From the NCBI GenBank assembly GCA_965116875.1, contig OZ220733.1:3776001-3840000 (forward strand): a DNA stretch of 64,000 bases, given 5' to 3'. The DNA is from Candidatus Latescibacterota bacterium. Lineage in GTDB: Bacteria; Latescibacterota; UBA2968; GCA-2709665. A program made the position numbers and the translations under genes. The notes beneath the pieces are model-generated. The model did not search any database. It had not been told where the DNA came from and saw nothing but the letters and a program-made list of their open reading frames with translations. Below are positions 48,490-58,074 of this stretch, piece by piece (within the stretch, counting starts at the first letter, position 1; each line of letters begins with the position of its first letter).

Positions 48490-48562
48490 GTCCATTGCGG
48501 ACCGAACACGTCGCCATAGGGTGTCTCGACAATCCCAGGTTCCGAATCCGGGGAGCATTGCC

Positions 48563-50149
48563 GTGAATCAGCCGATCGACCTGTCTTCCCTTCACGCGCT
48601 CGAAATCAGGACGCTGCGTGCCTTCGAGCCGCGTGAGGACCACGAAATCACCGACGCCGGCCTCCCTCGGGCCGCGGGCATCGGACCCGGCCAGGTCCGG
48701 CGCGCGCTGGAGTGGCTGCGTTCCAAGGGTCTTATCGAAGTCGTTTCGGAAGCGACGGTCACCACCGTCAGCCTCACCGAGCCGGGGGCCGTTCAGGCCC
48801 GCATCGGCGCGACGCCCGAAGTCGCGCTGCTGGTTCGTGCCGGCGAGGAGCCCGCGCCGACGCTCAGGCAATTGCAGGAAGACACCCGTTTTGACAGGGG
48901 CGAATGGGGCAGCGCCTTCGGCGGGCTGAAGGCGGAGGGTACAATCCGTCAGGAAGGCGCGGTCATCCGCATCGCCAATCCCGAAAGGGCCGCGTTCTTC
49001 GTGGAGAGGCTGATGCCCGGGCTCTTCGGACGCCTTCAGGAGGCTGGCGACGAGGCCGGGTTGAGTCTCGGCGACTTCACGGAAGAGATCCAGTCATATA
49101 TCCGGGAGCGAACGAGCAAACGCGGGAAGGGGCGGGCAGCCGTCCGCGTGGACGAACGCCTGGAGCGTGCGTACAGACTCACGTCGCCGGGCGTCCGGAC
49201 GCTGGCCGGCATTCTGGAGGCCAATCTGACGGGCGAAGAGGTCTCCCGCCTGACGCCGGAAATGATCCGGTCCGGAGGCTGGAAGAACGTGTCGTTCCGC
49301 CGGTACGACATCAGCATCAAGCCCCCGCGTATCCTCATCGGCCGTCTGCATCCCTACCGCACCTATCTGGACGGCGTGAGGCGCAAGCTGCTCTCGCTTG
49401 GATTCGAAGAAATGAAGGGGCCGCTGGTGGAAACCGAGTTCTGGAACATGGATGCCCTGTTCATGCCGCAGTTCCACGCGGCCCGTAATATCCATGACGC
49501 CTACTACGTAAAGGACCCCGTCCGTTCCAAAGCGGCTGAAGAACCCTTCTTCTCAAAAGTGGCCGAAGCCCACGCCAACGGCGGCGACACGGGTTCCCGC
49601 GGCTGGCGGTACGAATTCAGCCCCGCGCGCGCGCGCCGTCTCATCCTGCGCAGCCAGGGTACCGCGCTGTCAGCCCGCACGCTTGCATCGGGCCCGGACA
49701 TCCCCGGGAAATACTTCGCCGTTGCGCGCTGTTTCCGGTACGACGACGTCGACGCCACACACGCGGCGGATTTTTTCCAGGTGGAGGGCATCGTACTGGG
49801 CGAGCGCATCAATTTCCGGAGTCTGCTCGGCCTGCTCAAGCTCTTCGCGCTGGAAATCGCACAGGCGCAGGAGTGCCGTTTTGTGCCGGACTATTTCCCG
49901 TTTACGGAGCCGTCGGTCGAACTTCAGGCCAGGCACCCCTCGCTGGGCTGGATCGAATTCGGCGGCGCCGGCCTCTTCCGGCCCGAACTCACGCGTCCCC
50001 TGGGCGTCGATGTTCCCGTCATCGCGTGGGGTCTGGGCATCGACCGCATGGCAATGGTGGCCCTGGGAATCGACGACATCCGCGACCTTTTCAGCACCGA
50101 CCTGGCCCGGATACGGAACGAGAGAGAGAACAGACCGACGGTCAAATGA
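48563..50149 (+). CDS. pheS: Phenylalanyl-tRNA synthetase alpha subunit, archaeal/eukaryotic (long) type
   Basis: About 528 aa with a long N-terminal extension. GRLHP, FWNMDALFMPQFH.AR..HD, FRYD.VDATH...F.QVEG, YFPFTEPS, AWGLGIDR. Confidence 0.93.
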   Translation: MNQPIDLSSLHALEIRTLRAFEPREDHEITDAGLPRAAGIGPGQVRRALEWLRSKGLIEVVSEATVTTVSLTEPGAVQARIGATPEVALLVRAGEEPAPTLRQLQEDTRFDRGEWGSAFGGLKAEGTIRQEGAVIRIANPERAAFFVERLMPGLFGRLQEAGDEAGLSLGDFTEEIQSYIRERTSKRGKGRAAVRVDERLERAYRLTSPGVRTLAGILEANLTGEEVSRLTPEMIRSGGWKNVSFRRYDISIKPPRILIGRLHPYRTYLDGVRRKLLSLGFEEMKGPLVETEFWNMDALFMPQFHAARNIHDAYYVKDPVRSKAAEEPFFSKVAEAHANGGDTGSRGWRYEFSPARARRLILRSQGTALSARTLASGPDIPGKYFAVARCFRYDDVDATHAADFFQVEGIVLGERINFRSLLGLLKLFALEIAQAQECRFVPDYFPFTEPSVELQARHPSLGWIEFGGAGLFRPELTRPLGVDVPVIAWGLGIDRMAMVALGIDDIRDLFSTDLARIRNERENRPTVK

Positions 50150-50189
50150 CCGCTCAGCCGACCCGACACCAGCGCGGTATGATGAACGA

Positions 50190-50364
50190 TTAACCTCAAT
50201 CCGAAAAAGACAACAGTTTAATTGGCTACAAAGAGCCTGAATGCGGGTAGAGGGTAGAGGGAAGACGGTAGAAGAAGCCCTCGCCCGATAATCTATACCT
50301 TCTTGCCTTCGGCAGGAGAAGAAACTCCACAGGGCGGGAAATCTCTCCCGTCTCCCGTCTCCCC
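50190..50364. repeat. Repeat family A copy 7 (reverse orientation, with TTAACCTCAATCCG tail) inserted between pheS and pheT
   Basis: Reverse complement of 33676-33860. Confidence 0.8.
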
Positions 50365-50407
50365 CAGAGCGGGGTGGATTGGCGGGGTGATGGATGAAGG
50401 AGCATGC

Positions 50408-52093
50408 ATGCCCACCATTACCGTCATCAGACAGGATCTCGAACGACTCGCGGGCAGGAAGTACGATCTGCCCGAACTCGAACGCGCCCTGGAGGCCGTC
50501 AAGGCCGAAGTCAAAGTCGAGGATGACACCCGGCTGAGGATTCAGCTGAAGGATACCAACCGACCGGACCTGTGGTCGTCCGAGGGGGTTGCCAGGCTGC
50601 TCAGGGGGCATCGGAACGGCAGGCACGAATCCTATCCCTTTTTCGGGGAATCCGCGACGGATCTGGAACTGCGCGTCGATCCCTACCTGAAGGGCATCCG
50701 GCCCTGGATCGCCGCCTTCGCATGCAAAGGGATACCGGTGGACGGTGCGGCCCTCGAGCAACTCATCGAGGCCCAGGAAAAACTGGCGGAAGGATACGGG
50801 CGCGGGCGAAGCGCCGTGGCAATCGGCATCTACGACGCTTCCAACATCGTGTTTCCCGTCAACTTCGCCGCCGCGGACCCGGATGCCGCCCGCTTTGTCC
50901 CGCTGGGCATGGAAGAGGAGATGACGCTTCGGGATATCCTGAGTGAACACCCGACGGGCCGGACGTACGCGCATCTGCTCGAAGGCTTCAACCGGTTTCC
51001 CCTCATCACCGACAGCAGGGGCGACGTCCTCTCCATGCCTCCCGTGATCAACAGCCGAAACCCGGGCGCCGTGGAGGCCGGCGACACGTTTCTCTTCTGC
51101 GAGGCCACCGGCACCGAGCTCGACGCCGTACTCCTTTCCGTATCCATTATGGCCGCCAACATGGCGGACCGCGGCGGGCGCATCCTGCCCGTCAACGTAG
51201 TCTATCCATACGACACGCCGCGAGGGCGGGAGATCCGGTGTCCTGTGGATATGACGGAACCGGTGGAAGTCGATTTGGACGACCTGCGGCGCGTCATCGG
51301 CGGCGGAATCGACAACGAAGAAATCGAAGCCGCCCTGGCCGCCATGGGGTACCGTGACGTCGCGCTGGACCCAACCTGCGTCCGGGCGAGGCCGGCGCCG
51401 TACCGGGACGATATCCTGCATCCCGTGGACCTCATCGAGGACGTGATCGTGGCCGTGGGCTTCGACAGCTTCGAACCCGAGTTGCCGCGCGATTTCACCG
51501 TGGGCAAGTCCGCGCCCGAGGAAGACCTCGCGGACCGCATCCGCGGCCTGATGGTCGGCTGCGGGTTCCAGGAGCTCTTCCTGCCCATTCTTTCGTCGCG
51601 CGTTGACCTGACGGAACGAATGCGCGACACGGAAGCCGAGATCGTCGAGATTTCCAACCCCATGTCGGAGAACTACAGCGCGGTCCGGAACGCCCTGATG
51701 CCCGGGCTGCTCCGCGTGGAAGGGGCGAGCCGAAAAGCCCTGTATCCCCATCACGTCTTCGAGGTGGGCGAGGTCTCCGTCGTCGCACAGGACGACCTGT
51801 ACGGCACTCGCACCGAAATCCGACTCGCCGCGCTGGAGGCGCACGCCGAGGCCAATCTCTCGGGGATTCAGAGCCACCTCGAAGCCATCGCCTACTACCT
51901 CGGCTTCGACTACCGCCTCACGCCGTCGGCGCATCCCGCCTTCCTCCCGGGGCGGGCAGGGGAGATCCACGTGGACGGAGAAAGCTACGGCATCATCGGC
52001 GAGATCCATCCCGAAGTTCTGGAGAACTGGAGCGTCTCGGTGCCCGTGAGCGCGTTCGAAATCAACATCGATATCGCCCGCGTTCAACCGTGA
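50408..52093 (+). CDS. pheT: Phenylalanyl-tRNA synthetase beta subunit, archaeal (short) type
   Basis: About 561 aa, starts MPTI. NRPDLWSSEG.AR, QEKL...YGR.R..VAIGIYD, VLSMPPVINS, YRDDILHPVDLIEDV. No B2 OB-fold or C-terminal anticodon-binding domain. Confidence 0.93.
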   Translation: MPTITVIRQDLERLAGRKYDLPELERALEAVKAEVKVEDDTRLRIQLKDTNRPDLWSSEGVARLLRGHRNGRHESYPFFGESATDLELRVDPYLKGIRPWIAAFACKGIPVDGAALEQLIEAQEKLAEGYGRGRSAVAIGIYDASNIVFPVNFAAADPDAARFVPLGMEEEMTLRDILSEHPTGRTYAHLLEGFNRFPLITDSRGDVLSMPPVINSRNPGAVEAGDTFLFCEATGTELDAVLLSVSIMAANMADRGGRILPVNVVYPYDTPRGREIRCPVDMTEPVEVDLDDLRRVIGGGIDNEEIEAALAAMGYRDVALDPTCVRARPAPYRDDILHPVDLIEDVIVAVGFDSFEPELPRDFTVGKSAPEEDLADRIRGLMVGCGFQELFLPILSSRVDLTERMRDTEAEIVEISNPMSENYSAVRNALMPGLLRVEGASRKALYPHHVFEVGEVSVVAQDDLYGTRTEIRLAALEAHAEANLSGIQSHLEAIAYYLGFDYRLTPSAHPAFLPGRAGEIHVDGESYGIIGEIHPEVLENWSVSVPVSAFEINIDIARVQP

Positions 52094-52131
52094 ACGCCGA
52101 AAAAGCCGTCGGGCCATGGTCAAAACACAGA

Positions 52132-52169
52132 AACGGGTTACGCCAGATTGGCGTAACCCGTTGTTTTTC
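52132..52169. terminator. Bidirectional intrinsic terminator between pheT and tRNA-Leu
   Basis: AACGGGTTACGCCA-gat-TGGCGTAACCCGTT, with A-rich left and T-rich right flanks. Confidence 0.8.
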
Positions 52170-52257
52170 TGGTGCCGAAGGGGGGATTCGAACCCCCACG
52201 AGCACAAGGCTCACTGCGCCCTGAACGCAGCGCGTCTACCAGTTCCACCACTTCGGC
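52170..52257 (-). tRNA. tRNA-Leu(CAG)
   Basis: GCCGAAG acceptor, D-loop GGAACTGGTAGAC, anticodon arm CTGCG-TTCAGGG-CGCAG, long variable arm, GGTTCGAATCC, encoded CCA. Confidence 0.97.
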
Positions 52258-52327
52258 ACATGAGCCCGTGGCCCGGGGCCGGAGCCCGCAGACCGGAAGG
52301 GAAATATATAATATCGCCTTGAGGTTG

Positions 52328-52762
52328 TCAAGATCCCTCGCCCGCGAACAGGCGCCGGAACCCTTCGGGCATCCGCTTCGGTTTCCGCGTGGCGTAGTCG
52401 AGGAAGGCGATCCCGGTCTTGGCGCGGACGACTTCGGCGCCGGTTTCCCTGTCGGTAATGCGGTAGAAGACGTCGCAGCCGATGCGGCCGATGTCGCCCA
52501 CGGCGACTTCGAAAGTCAGCGTCTGGCCGTAGAAGGCTTCGGACTTGTACTGGATGACCGCGTCCACCATGATGAGGCCCACCCCGTCCACGTCCAATTC
52601 GCTGTAGCCGTGGCTCTCAAGGAACCGTACCCGCGCCTCGTGGACGAGCGAGAGCACGGCGTTGTTGTCCATATGCCCGCCGTAGTTGATGTCGGAGACG
52701 CGAAGGCGGATATCGGTGGCGTATATAAACGTCTCGGGCAACCCGAGTTTGACGCGGGACAT
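52328..52762 (-). CDS. Acyl-CoA thioesterase (hotdog fold, 4HBT/FadM-like)
   Basis: RVSDINYGGHMDN.......EAR, I.YK.E.F.G. Confidence 0.88.
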   Translation of the reverse strand: MSRVKLGLPETFIYATDIRLRVSDINYGGHMDNNAVLSLVHEARVRFLESHGYSELDVDGVGLIMVDAVIQYKSEAFYGQTLTFEVAVGDIGRIGCDVFYRITDRETGAEVVRAKTGIAFLDYATRKPKRMPEGFRRLFAGEGS

Positions 52763-52821
52763 GGCGGGAGTGGCGGTTCCTATCTATTTTTGAGTGTCCG
52801 AATACTGCCCCTTTTTGCGCC

Positions 52822-55800
52822 TCAGGGCAACGTCAGGCGCCAGACGTCGTTCACCACCGGCCAGGTATTGCCCGCGACAACCCAGAGGCTGTTCCGGAAC
52901 ACGTAGCACGTGGACTCGTGACGCGGCGAAAAACGGGTGTCGGGCTTGAACTCGTGCCAGTCCCGGCCGTTTTCGGTGTACCAGACGTCCCCGAGGTTGA
53001 CGTAGTTTACGTTGTCGTACCCTCCGATGATCCAGAGCCTGCCCGCGTAGACTTTCGGAATGAACCACATCCGCGGCGACCACGGGGCGTGTTCGAGCAC
53101 CCGCGTCCAGTGGACGCCGTCCTCCGAACACCAGACGTCGTTGAGGGTGGTGTAGTGGGGGTAGCCCTTTTCGGGCGGATCGTTGGGCAGGTCCTTGCGG
53201 CCGCCCATGACCCACAGCCGGTCGTTGTACGCCGCCACGGCGGTCGCGGACCGGTCTCCGTACGGCGCGTCGGTTGTGACGCGTGACCACGCGATGCCGT
53301 CATCGGTGTGCCAGACGTCGCTGCCGCTGCCGAGTTGCCACATCCGGTCCCGAAAAACCAGAAGTTCACCGTAACCGCGCGGGCCGAAGGGGGTTTCTTC
53401 CAGCACCCGGGCCCACTCAACGCCGTCCGCGGAGTTCCACACGCTTCCCTTCACCGCCCAGATGCGGTCCCTGTAGACCGTCATTTCGCTGTATCCGTCG
53501 TAAGGCGTGGCTTCGCTGACCAGACGCCAGCTGATGCCGTCGGTTGAGTTCCAGAGGTCCCGGGTGAGGATGCTGTTGTGGTAGTACGCGTTGCTGATCC
53601 AGAGCTTGTCCTGAAACACCACGTCTTCGGACGTGTCGCGCGGCGTGAACGGCGCGTTGCGGACCAGGTTGATCCAGTCCCCGGTCCTGGTTGCGTTGAC
53701 GCCGGTCGTGTTGATGCGCAGGCTGGTCACGGTGGGGATTTCGACCTTCGCAGTGCCCGTCCAGGACCGCCCGGGGAAGAACAGGAGCCGTCCGCCGTCC
53801 GCGGTGATTTCATACCCCGGGTCGTCCTCCAGCTCCAGCAGGGCGCCGCCTTCTTCCGGGTGTTGCAGGCCCTTGATCTTATGGCCGTACGTGAATCCGT
53901 CGCCATCGGTGACAACGGCGGTGAGGCCCATGAGGTCCACGCCCGTTGGCAGACCGGTATCGATGAGGAGCCCGTTCACGTCGTCTCCCGCGGCCATTCT
54001 CCTGGTTCCCAGGACGGCGCCGCTGCGCGTTCCCCGGCCGCCGAGCCTGCGCCCGCCCTTCTCGAGCAGCGTGCCCCCGATCAGGATCATCTCTTCGACC
54101 TCGCCGTTTCGTTCCCGGACGAAGCCGACCCGACCGCGAAAGCGGAGGTCTCCGGCCCTGAGCGTCCGGCCTTCGTCCGTCGCGGACAGAATATAGTCCG
54201 TAACCTCGCCGGAGACGACCCTGAGCCCGATATCCGTATCCGCGGCGCCGTCCACGTCGAGGGGTTCCGCGCCGGTGATGGCCGGACGGTCGCCGACGGG
54301 TTCCAGGATCGTGCTGAAAACGGTGGAAAGGTTCTCACCTTCGCGACGGTGGACCAGCATCGGCATGGTGATCTCGTCCAGCCGGACGTCGTCCTCATCG
54401 GCATTCCGGATGGACGGCGCCTGCGCGGTGAAGAGTTCTCCTCCGGGGCGGGTCAGGCTGTGCACCCGGACGGACCCGTCCGGCTCCGCCGTGCTGGAGA
54501 ACTTCGCCGTCCACGGACGGGTGACATCGGCGCGGCGAACGTCCCGGAAAAACGCGTATCCCAGGTTGTGTCCCTCGGCGTCGCCCTTGACGCTCTCTCC
54601 CGTGGGCAGGGTGGCGGTCACGCCCTCCGGGAGAAGCGTGTTCCCATGCGGCGCGGCTGGCAGGTCGATCTCGACCGCGCCGTCGTGGTCGGCGTCGCCC
54701 GCGAGGATGTATTCGTGGCGGCGTCCGCCGGCCACCCTGAACAGGTCGACCACGTAGGTCTGATCGGGCGAGAGCCCGACCTGGATCAGCAGCCGGCGGT
54801 AACTCGACGTCACGCCGGGATAGGCGCGGTCGCCCGAGGCTTCGATCGCCTGAAACGTGTCGCCGTGCGGCGCGAACAGTAGGAGGTTGCCGTCAGACGG
54901 CGCGTTTTCGGAGCCGTAAGCCTGGTCATTGCCGTCCACGGCAACCGTGTTGTGCGACAGCGTGGAGATGGTCCAGCACCGGTGGCGCGTGTGGGTATAG
55001 CCGATATCGCTCAGCCGTTCCTGGCCGCGCGCGTAGAGGGTGAGGCTCAGGAGGTCTGCGTGCTGATGGCCGTATCCCCCTGAGAAATGGAGATAGGTCT
55101 GGGTCTGGTTCTCACCCCTCCCCATATCCAGGCGGGCGTGGCCCATGCCGGGCAGAAGCAGCGGGCCGGATGTCTCAGGGGGCGTCTGCCGCCCCTTCGC
55201 CCACGTGTCGTGGGTGGGCACCACGCGGCCGTTGGGATAGCAGAGGAGTTCGGGGATGCCCGCGGCCTTTGTGAGGATGGGAAAGCGGGCGTTCAGGTCC
55301 AGATTGTCGTAGCGTTCGCCGTCGACGGGGTGGACGTATCCTTCGGGATCGCTGTAACCGTTCAGCCTTTCCATCACCTGCCGCAGCCCGCCGATCGTCT
55401 GGTTGTGATAGGAAATCGCGCCTTCGCGCCATACGCCGTCCACGAAGAAGTTGGCGGCGATGAGTTTCTCGATCCGGTCGACCGCGTCGTGGATATAATC
55501 CGGTTCCTCCAGGACCCTTCCGGCCGCAACCATGCCGCGAAGCAGCGTGGGGTCCATATTGCCAAGCGCGGGCGGGAAGCCCCGGATGAAGGCCACGCTG
55601 GCGTGGAAGAACCCGTCTTCGATGCGCCGGACCATCGTGCTGTCGAGTTCGCCGCTGTCCCGGATGAGGTCGTAGGTGTAGATCAGATTCTCGGGAATGT
55701 CCATGTACGCCCACCAGTCCCACTTGGAGGCGCGGTAGTCCTGGACCGGGTAGGGAAACCCCTGGCTTCCGGGAAAGATGATCTTCTGCCGGAAGGGCAG

Positions 55801-56367
55801 GTCGTGGTGGACGCAGTACCCGGGATAGACCTCGGCGAACCGGTTCAGAATGAGGGCCGCCCGACGGGCGAAGGACGGGTCTCCCGTTGCAGAGTAGAGC
55901 GCCGCCAGGTCGTGGGCGGCGGCGGCGAAGTAGGCCCGCGCCCGGTACCATCCTTTGGCCTGAAAGAAATGCCTGTACCCGGTTTCGTCCTCCCAGTACG
56001 GATATTCCTGGGTCTCACCCACGGGGTTGACCACACCCAGGGTTTCCGTATCCGGGAATTTCTCATTGGGGTACCTGAGGCCGCAGTATTTGCAGAAAAC
56101 ACGGTCCGGGTCCTCAATGGTCCAGTCGATCTGACCCTCCTGCGCGCCGCCGTCGCAGTTGGGGCAATCCACGAAGTAGATGCCCGCGCGGTCGGGAATG
56201 ATGCGCAGCATTTCGCTCTCGGAAAGTGCGAGAACCGGTTCGAGGTTCCGGCGCAGGCGCGCCACGTCGGATTCGTCCAGGTCCGGCGGAAAGACGGGGC
56301 TTGCCTCCGCGGGATCCGGCAGGAGTGCGAGAATGATCAGGACGAGTGCCACGACGAGAATCAGCAT
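52822..56367 (-). CDS. Secreted heparinase II/III-family protein fused to a C-terminal Kelch-like beta-propeller
   Basis: Signal peptide; CPNC...CKYC; W.EG..SYH; GH.H.D.L.L.L.A.G...L.D.GY; ST..HNTV.VDG; C-terminal repeats (LW..GG...DVW.S.DG..W......PW.PR). Confidence 0.8.
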   Translation of the reverse strand: MLILVVALVLIILALLPDPAEASPVFPPDLDESDVARLRRNLEPVLALSESEMLRIIPDRAGIYFVDCPNCDGGAQEGQIDWTIEDPDRVFCKYCGLRYPNEKFPDTETLGVVNPVGETQEYPYWEDETGYRHFFQAKGWYRARAYFAAAAHDLAALYSATGDPSFARRAALILNRFAEVYPGYCVHHDLPFRQKIIFPGSQGFPYPVQDYRASKWDWWAYMDIPENLIYTYDLIRDSGELDSTMVRRIEDGFFHASVAFIRGFPPALGNMDPTLLRGMVAAGRVLEEPDYIHDAVDRIEKLIAANFFVDGVWREGAISYHNQTIGGLRQVMERLNGYSDPEGYVHPVDGERYDNLDLNARFPILTKAAGIPELLCYPNGRVVPTHDTWAKGRQTPPETSGPLLLPGMGHARLDMGRGENQTQTYLHFSGGYGHQHADLLSLTLYARGQERLSDIGYTHTRHRCWTISTLSHNTVAVDGNDQAYGSENAPSDGNLLLFAPHGDTFQAIEASGDRAYPGVTSSYRRLLIQVGLSPDQTYVVDLFRVAGGRRHEYILAGDADHDGAVEIDLPAAPHGNTLLPEGVTATLPTGESVKGDAEGHNLGYAFFRDVRRADVTRPWTAKFSSTAEPDGSVRVHSLTRPGGELFTAQAPSIRNADEDDVRLDEITMPMLVHRREGENLSTVFSTILEPVGDRPAITGAEPLDVDGAADTDIGLRVVSGEVTDYILSATDEGRTLRAGDLRFRGRVGFVRERNGEVEEMILIGGTLLEKGGRRLGGRGTRSGAVLGTRRMAAGDDVNGLLIDTGLPTGVDLMGLTAVVTDGDGFTYGHKIKGLQHPEEGGALLELEDDPGYEITADGGRLLFFPGRSWTGTAKVEIPTVTSLRINTTGVNATRTGDWINLVRNAPFTPRDTSEDVVFQDKLWISNAYYHNSILTRDLWNSTDGISWRLVSEATPYDGYSEMTVYRDRIWAVKGSVWNSADGVEWARVLEETPFGPRGYGELLVFRDRMWQLGSGSDVWHTDDGIAWSRVTTDAPYGDRSATAVAAYNDRLWVMGGRKDLPNDPPEKGYPHYTTLNDVWCSEDGVHWTRVLEHAPWSPRMWFIPKVYAGRLWIIGGYDNVNYVNLGDVWYTENGRDWHEFKPDTRFSPRHESTCYVFRNSLWVVAGNTWPVVNDVWRLTLP

Positions 56368-56400
56368 TACGGGACGTCCTTTCGAATGGAAACCTTCCGG

Positions 56401-57960
56401 TCAGTTCGCCGACGATGTGTTGCGGCGCAGCACCCGGCCCGGAAACGCGCCGGTGGGGACGCCGCCTTCCACCGCCGGCTCCCCGTTGACCAGTACCCAC
56501 GGGATTCCCACGGGACCCCCGGTGGGGTTCTCGAACGTGGCGGTCGCGTTGACGGTCCGGGGATCGAAGATCACGATGTCGGCGGCCTTCCCGGCGGCGA
56601 TCTCTCCGCGGTCTGCAAGGCCGAATCGACGGGCGGGAAATCCGCTCATTTTATGGATGGCTTCCGCGAGAGAGATCAGGCTTTTCTCACGGACGAATAC
56701 GCCCGGCACGCGCGCGAAACACCCGAAACCGCGGGGGTGGGGATGGCGCACGTTGTAGACGCCGTCGCTCGCGATCATCAGTCGCGGGTGGTTGACGGTG
56801 TTTCTGATCGTTTTGTCGTTGGTCTCGGGCGAATCCTGCCAGGGAAATATATAGGTGGATTGGCCTTCCTCCTCCAGGATGAGATCGTAGGCGAAGTCCT
56901 CCGGAGCGACGCCTGCCCCGGCAGCCAGGTCCGACAGGGTCGCGCCGATATAGCGCCCGGAGCGGGTGTGGCCGACCACCTGGTCGCACTTGCCCAGCCA
57001 GCCGCGGAGGTGGGGCAGGATGCGTTCCTTTACCGTGGGGTCCGCCAGGTGTTCGAGTACGTCCGACGGGGCGCCGACCTGGTCCGGGATGGGGAGCATG
57101 ATGGTCATGTGGGACATCCCGGCGGGATAGAGGTAAGACTCGAAGCTGAGGTCGACGTCCTCCCGGTCGGCGAGCTCGAGAAGGTCGGCGCCCTCCCGGT
57201 CGGCCCGTTCGTGGGAATGATGTACCGGGATGCCGGACTGCCGGAAGATCTCGAAGGTTTCCTTCCATGCCTCCGCCCTGCCGAGAAGATGGTTTCGGAT
57301 GTGCGCCGCGTAGATGCCCCCGTAGGACGCCGTTACTTTGCACAGTTCAACCAGTTCGCGAAGGTCCGAATTCGCGCTCGGCTGGTAGTCCAGGCCAAGA
57401 CAGAGGCAGCCCGCGCCCGCTTCCATCCACTGTCGCACCAGGTCGGCCATCTCGTCGATCTGTGCGTCCGTGGCCGGGCCGGCCGACCAGCCGCAGACGT
57501 TGAGCCGCACGGCGCAGTGGGGCACCTGAGGGTAGACGTTGCACGGGCTGTTTCCGGGAAAGAGGTCCAGGTAGTCTTCGATGGTTTCCCAGGTGAGATC
57601 GATGTCCGCGGAGCCGGCGATGAACCGGGTATATTCCCACATCTGGCCGCGAAGGTCCGGAGGCAACGGAGCCCATCCGAATCCGTCCGGCGCCAGAAGC
57701 TGGGTGGTGATGCCTTGAACGACGCCCGCAAACCGGTGGTTTCCGGTCAGGAGGGCGGGTTCACAATGCACGTGGACGTCGATAAAGCCCGGGCAGACCA
57801 CGTGGCCCCGGGCATCGATCTCCCGTTCAGCGCGGGCATCCGCCAGACGACCCACCGCGGCGATGCGGTCGCCCAGAACGGCGACGTCCGCAAAGAACGG
57901 CTCTTCGATGCCGGTCCCGTCAACCACGGTGCCGTTGCGGATGAGTAGATCGAAAGTCAT
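56401..57960 (-). CDS. N-acyl-D-amino-acid deacylase (D-aminoacylase family)
   Basis: LIRNGTVVDGTG, PGFIDVHVH, QGITT, GL.Y.P, ASDG, HPR.FG.F.R, DRG.I..G.AAD. Confidence 0.88.
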   Translation of the reverse strand: MTFDLLIRNGTVVDGTGIEEPFFADVAVLGDRIAAVGRLADARAEREIDARGHVVCPGFIDVHVHCEPALLTGNHRFAGVVQGITTQLLAPDGFGWAPLPPDLRGQMWEYTRFIAGSADIDLTWETIEDYLDLFPGNSPCNVYPQVPHCAVRLNVCGWSAGPATDAQIDEMADLVRQWMEAGAGCLCLGLDYQPSANSDLRELVELCKVTASYGGIYAAHIRNHLLGRAEAWKETFEIFRQSGIPVHHSHERADREGADLLELADREDVDLSFESYLYPAGMSHMTIMLPIPDQVGAPSDVLEHLADPTVKERILPHLRGWLGKCDQVVGHTRSGRYIGATLSDLAAGAGVAPEDFAYDLILEEEGQSTYIFPWQDSPETNDKTIRNTVNHPRLMIASDGVYNVRHPHPRGFGCFARVPGVFVREKSLISLAEAIHKMSGFPARRFGLADRGEIAAGKAADIVIFDPRTVNATATFENPTGGPVGIPWVLVNGEPAVEGGVPTGAFPGRVLRRNTSSAN

Positions 57961-58074
57961 GGGTTTCGCCTTCCGGGATTCACGGTTGCGGTTGGTTTGT
58001 CTCGTCGGATCCTCTGAGGCTGACGCCGGAAGATAAGTACGATTTGCCTCCGGCGCACCGGAATTGTGGCAGCG

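Noticed and set aside
55087-57948. 953-aa plus-strand ORF, and similar long antisense ORFs at 49670-52207, 39511-41775, 29690-31585 and 45656-46930
   Set aside because: Shadow frames opposite well-supported genes in high-GC DNA, with no recognisable motifs.
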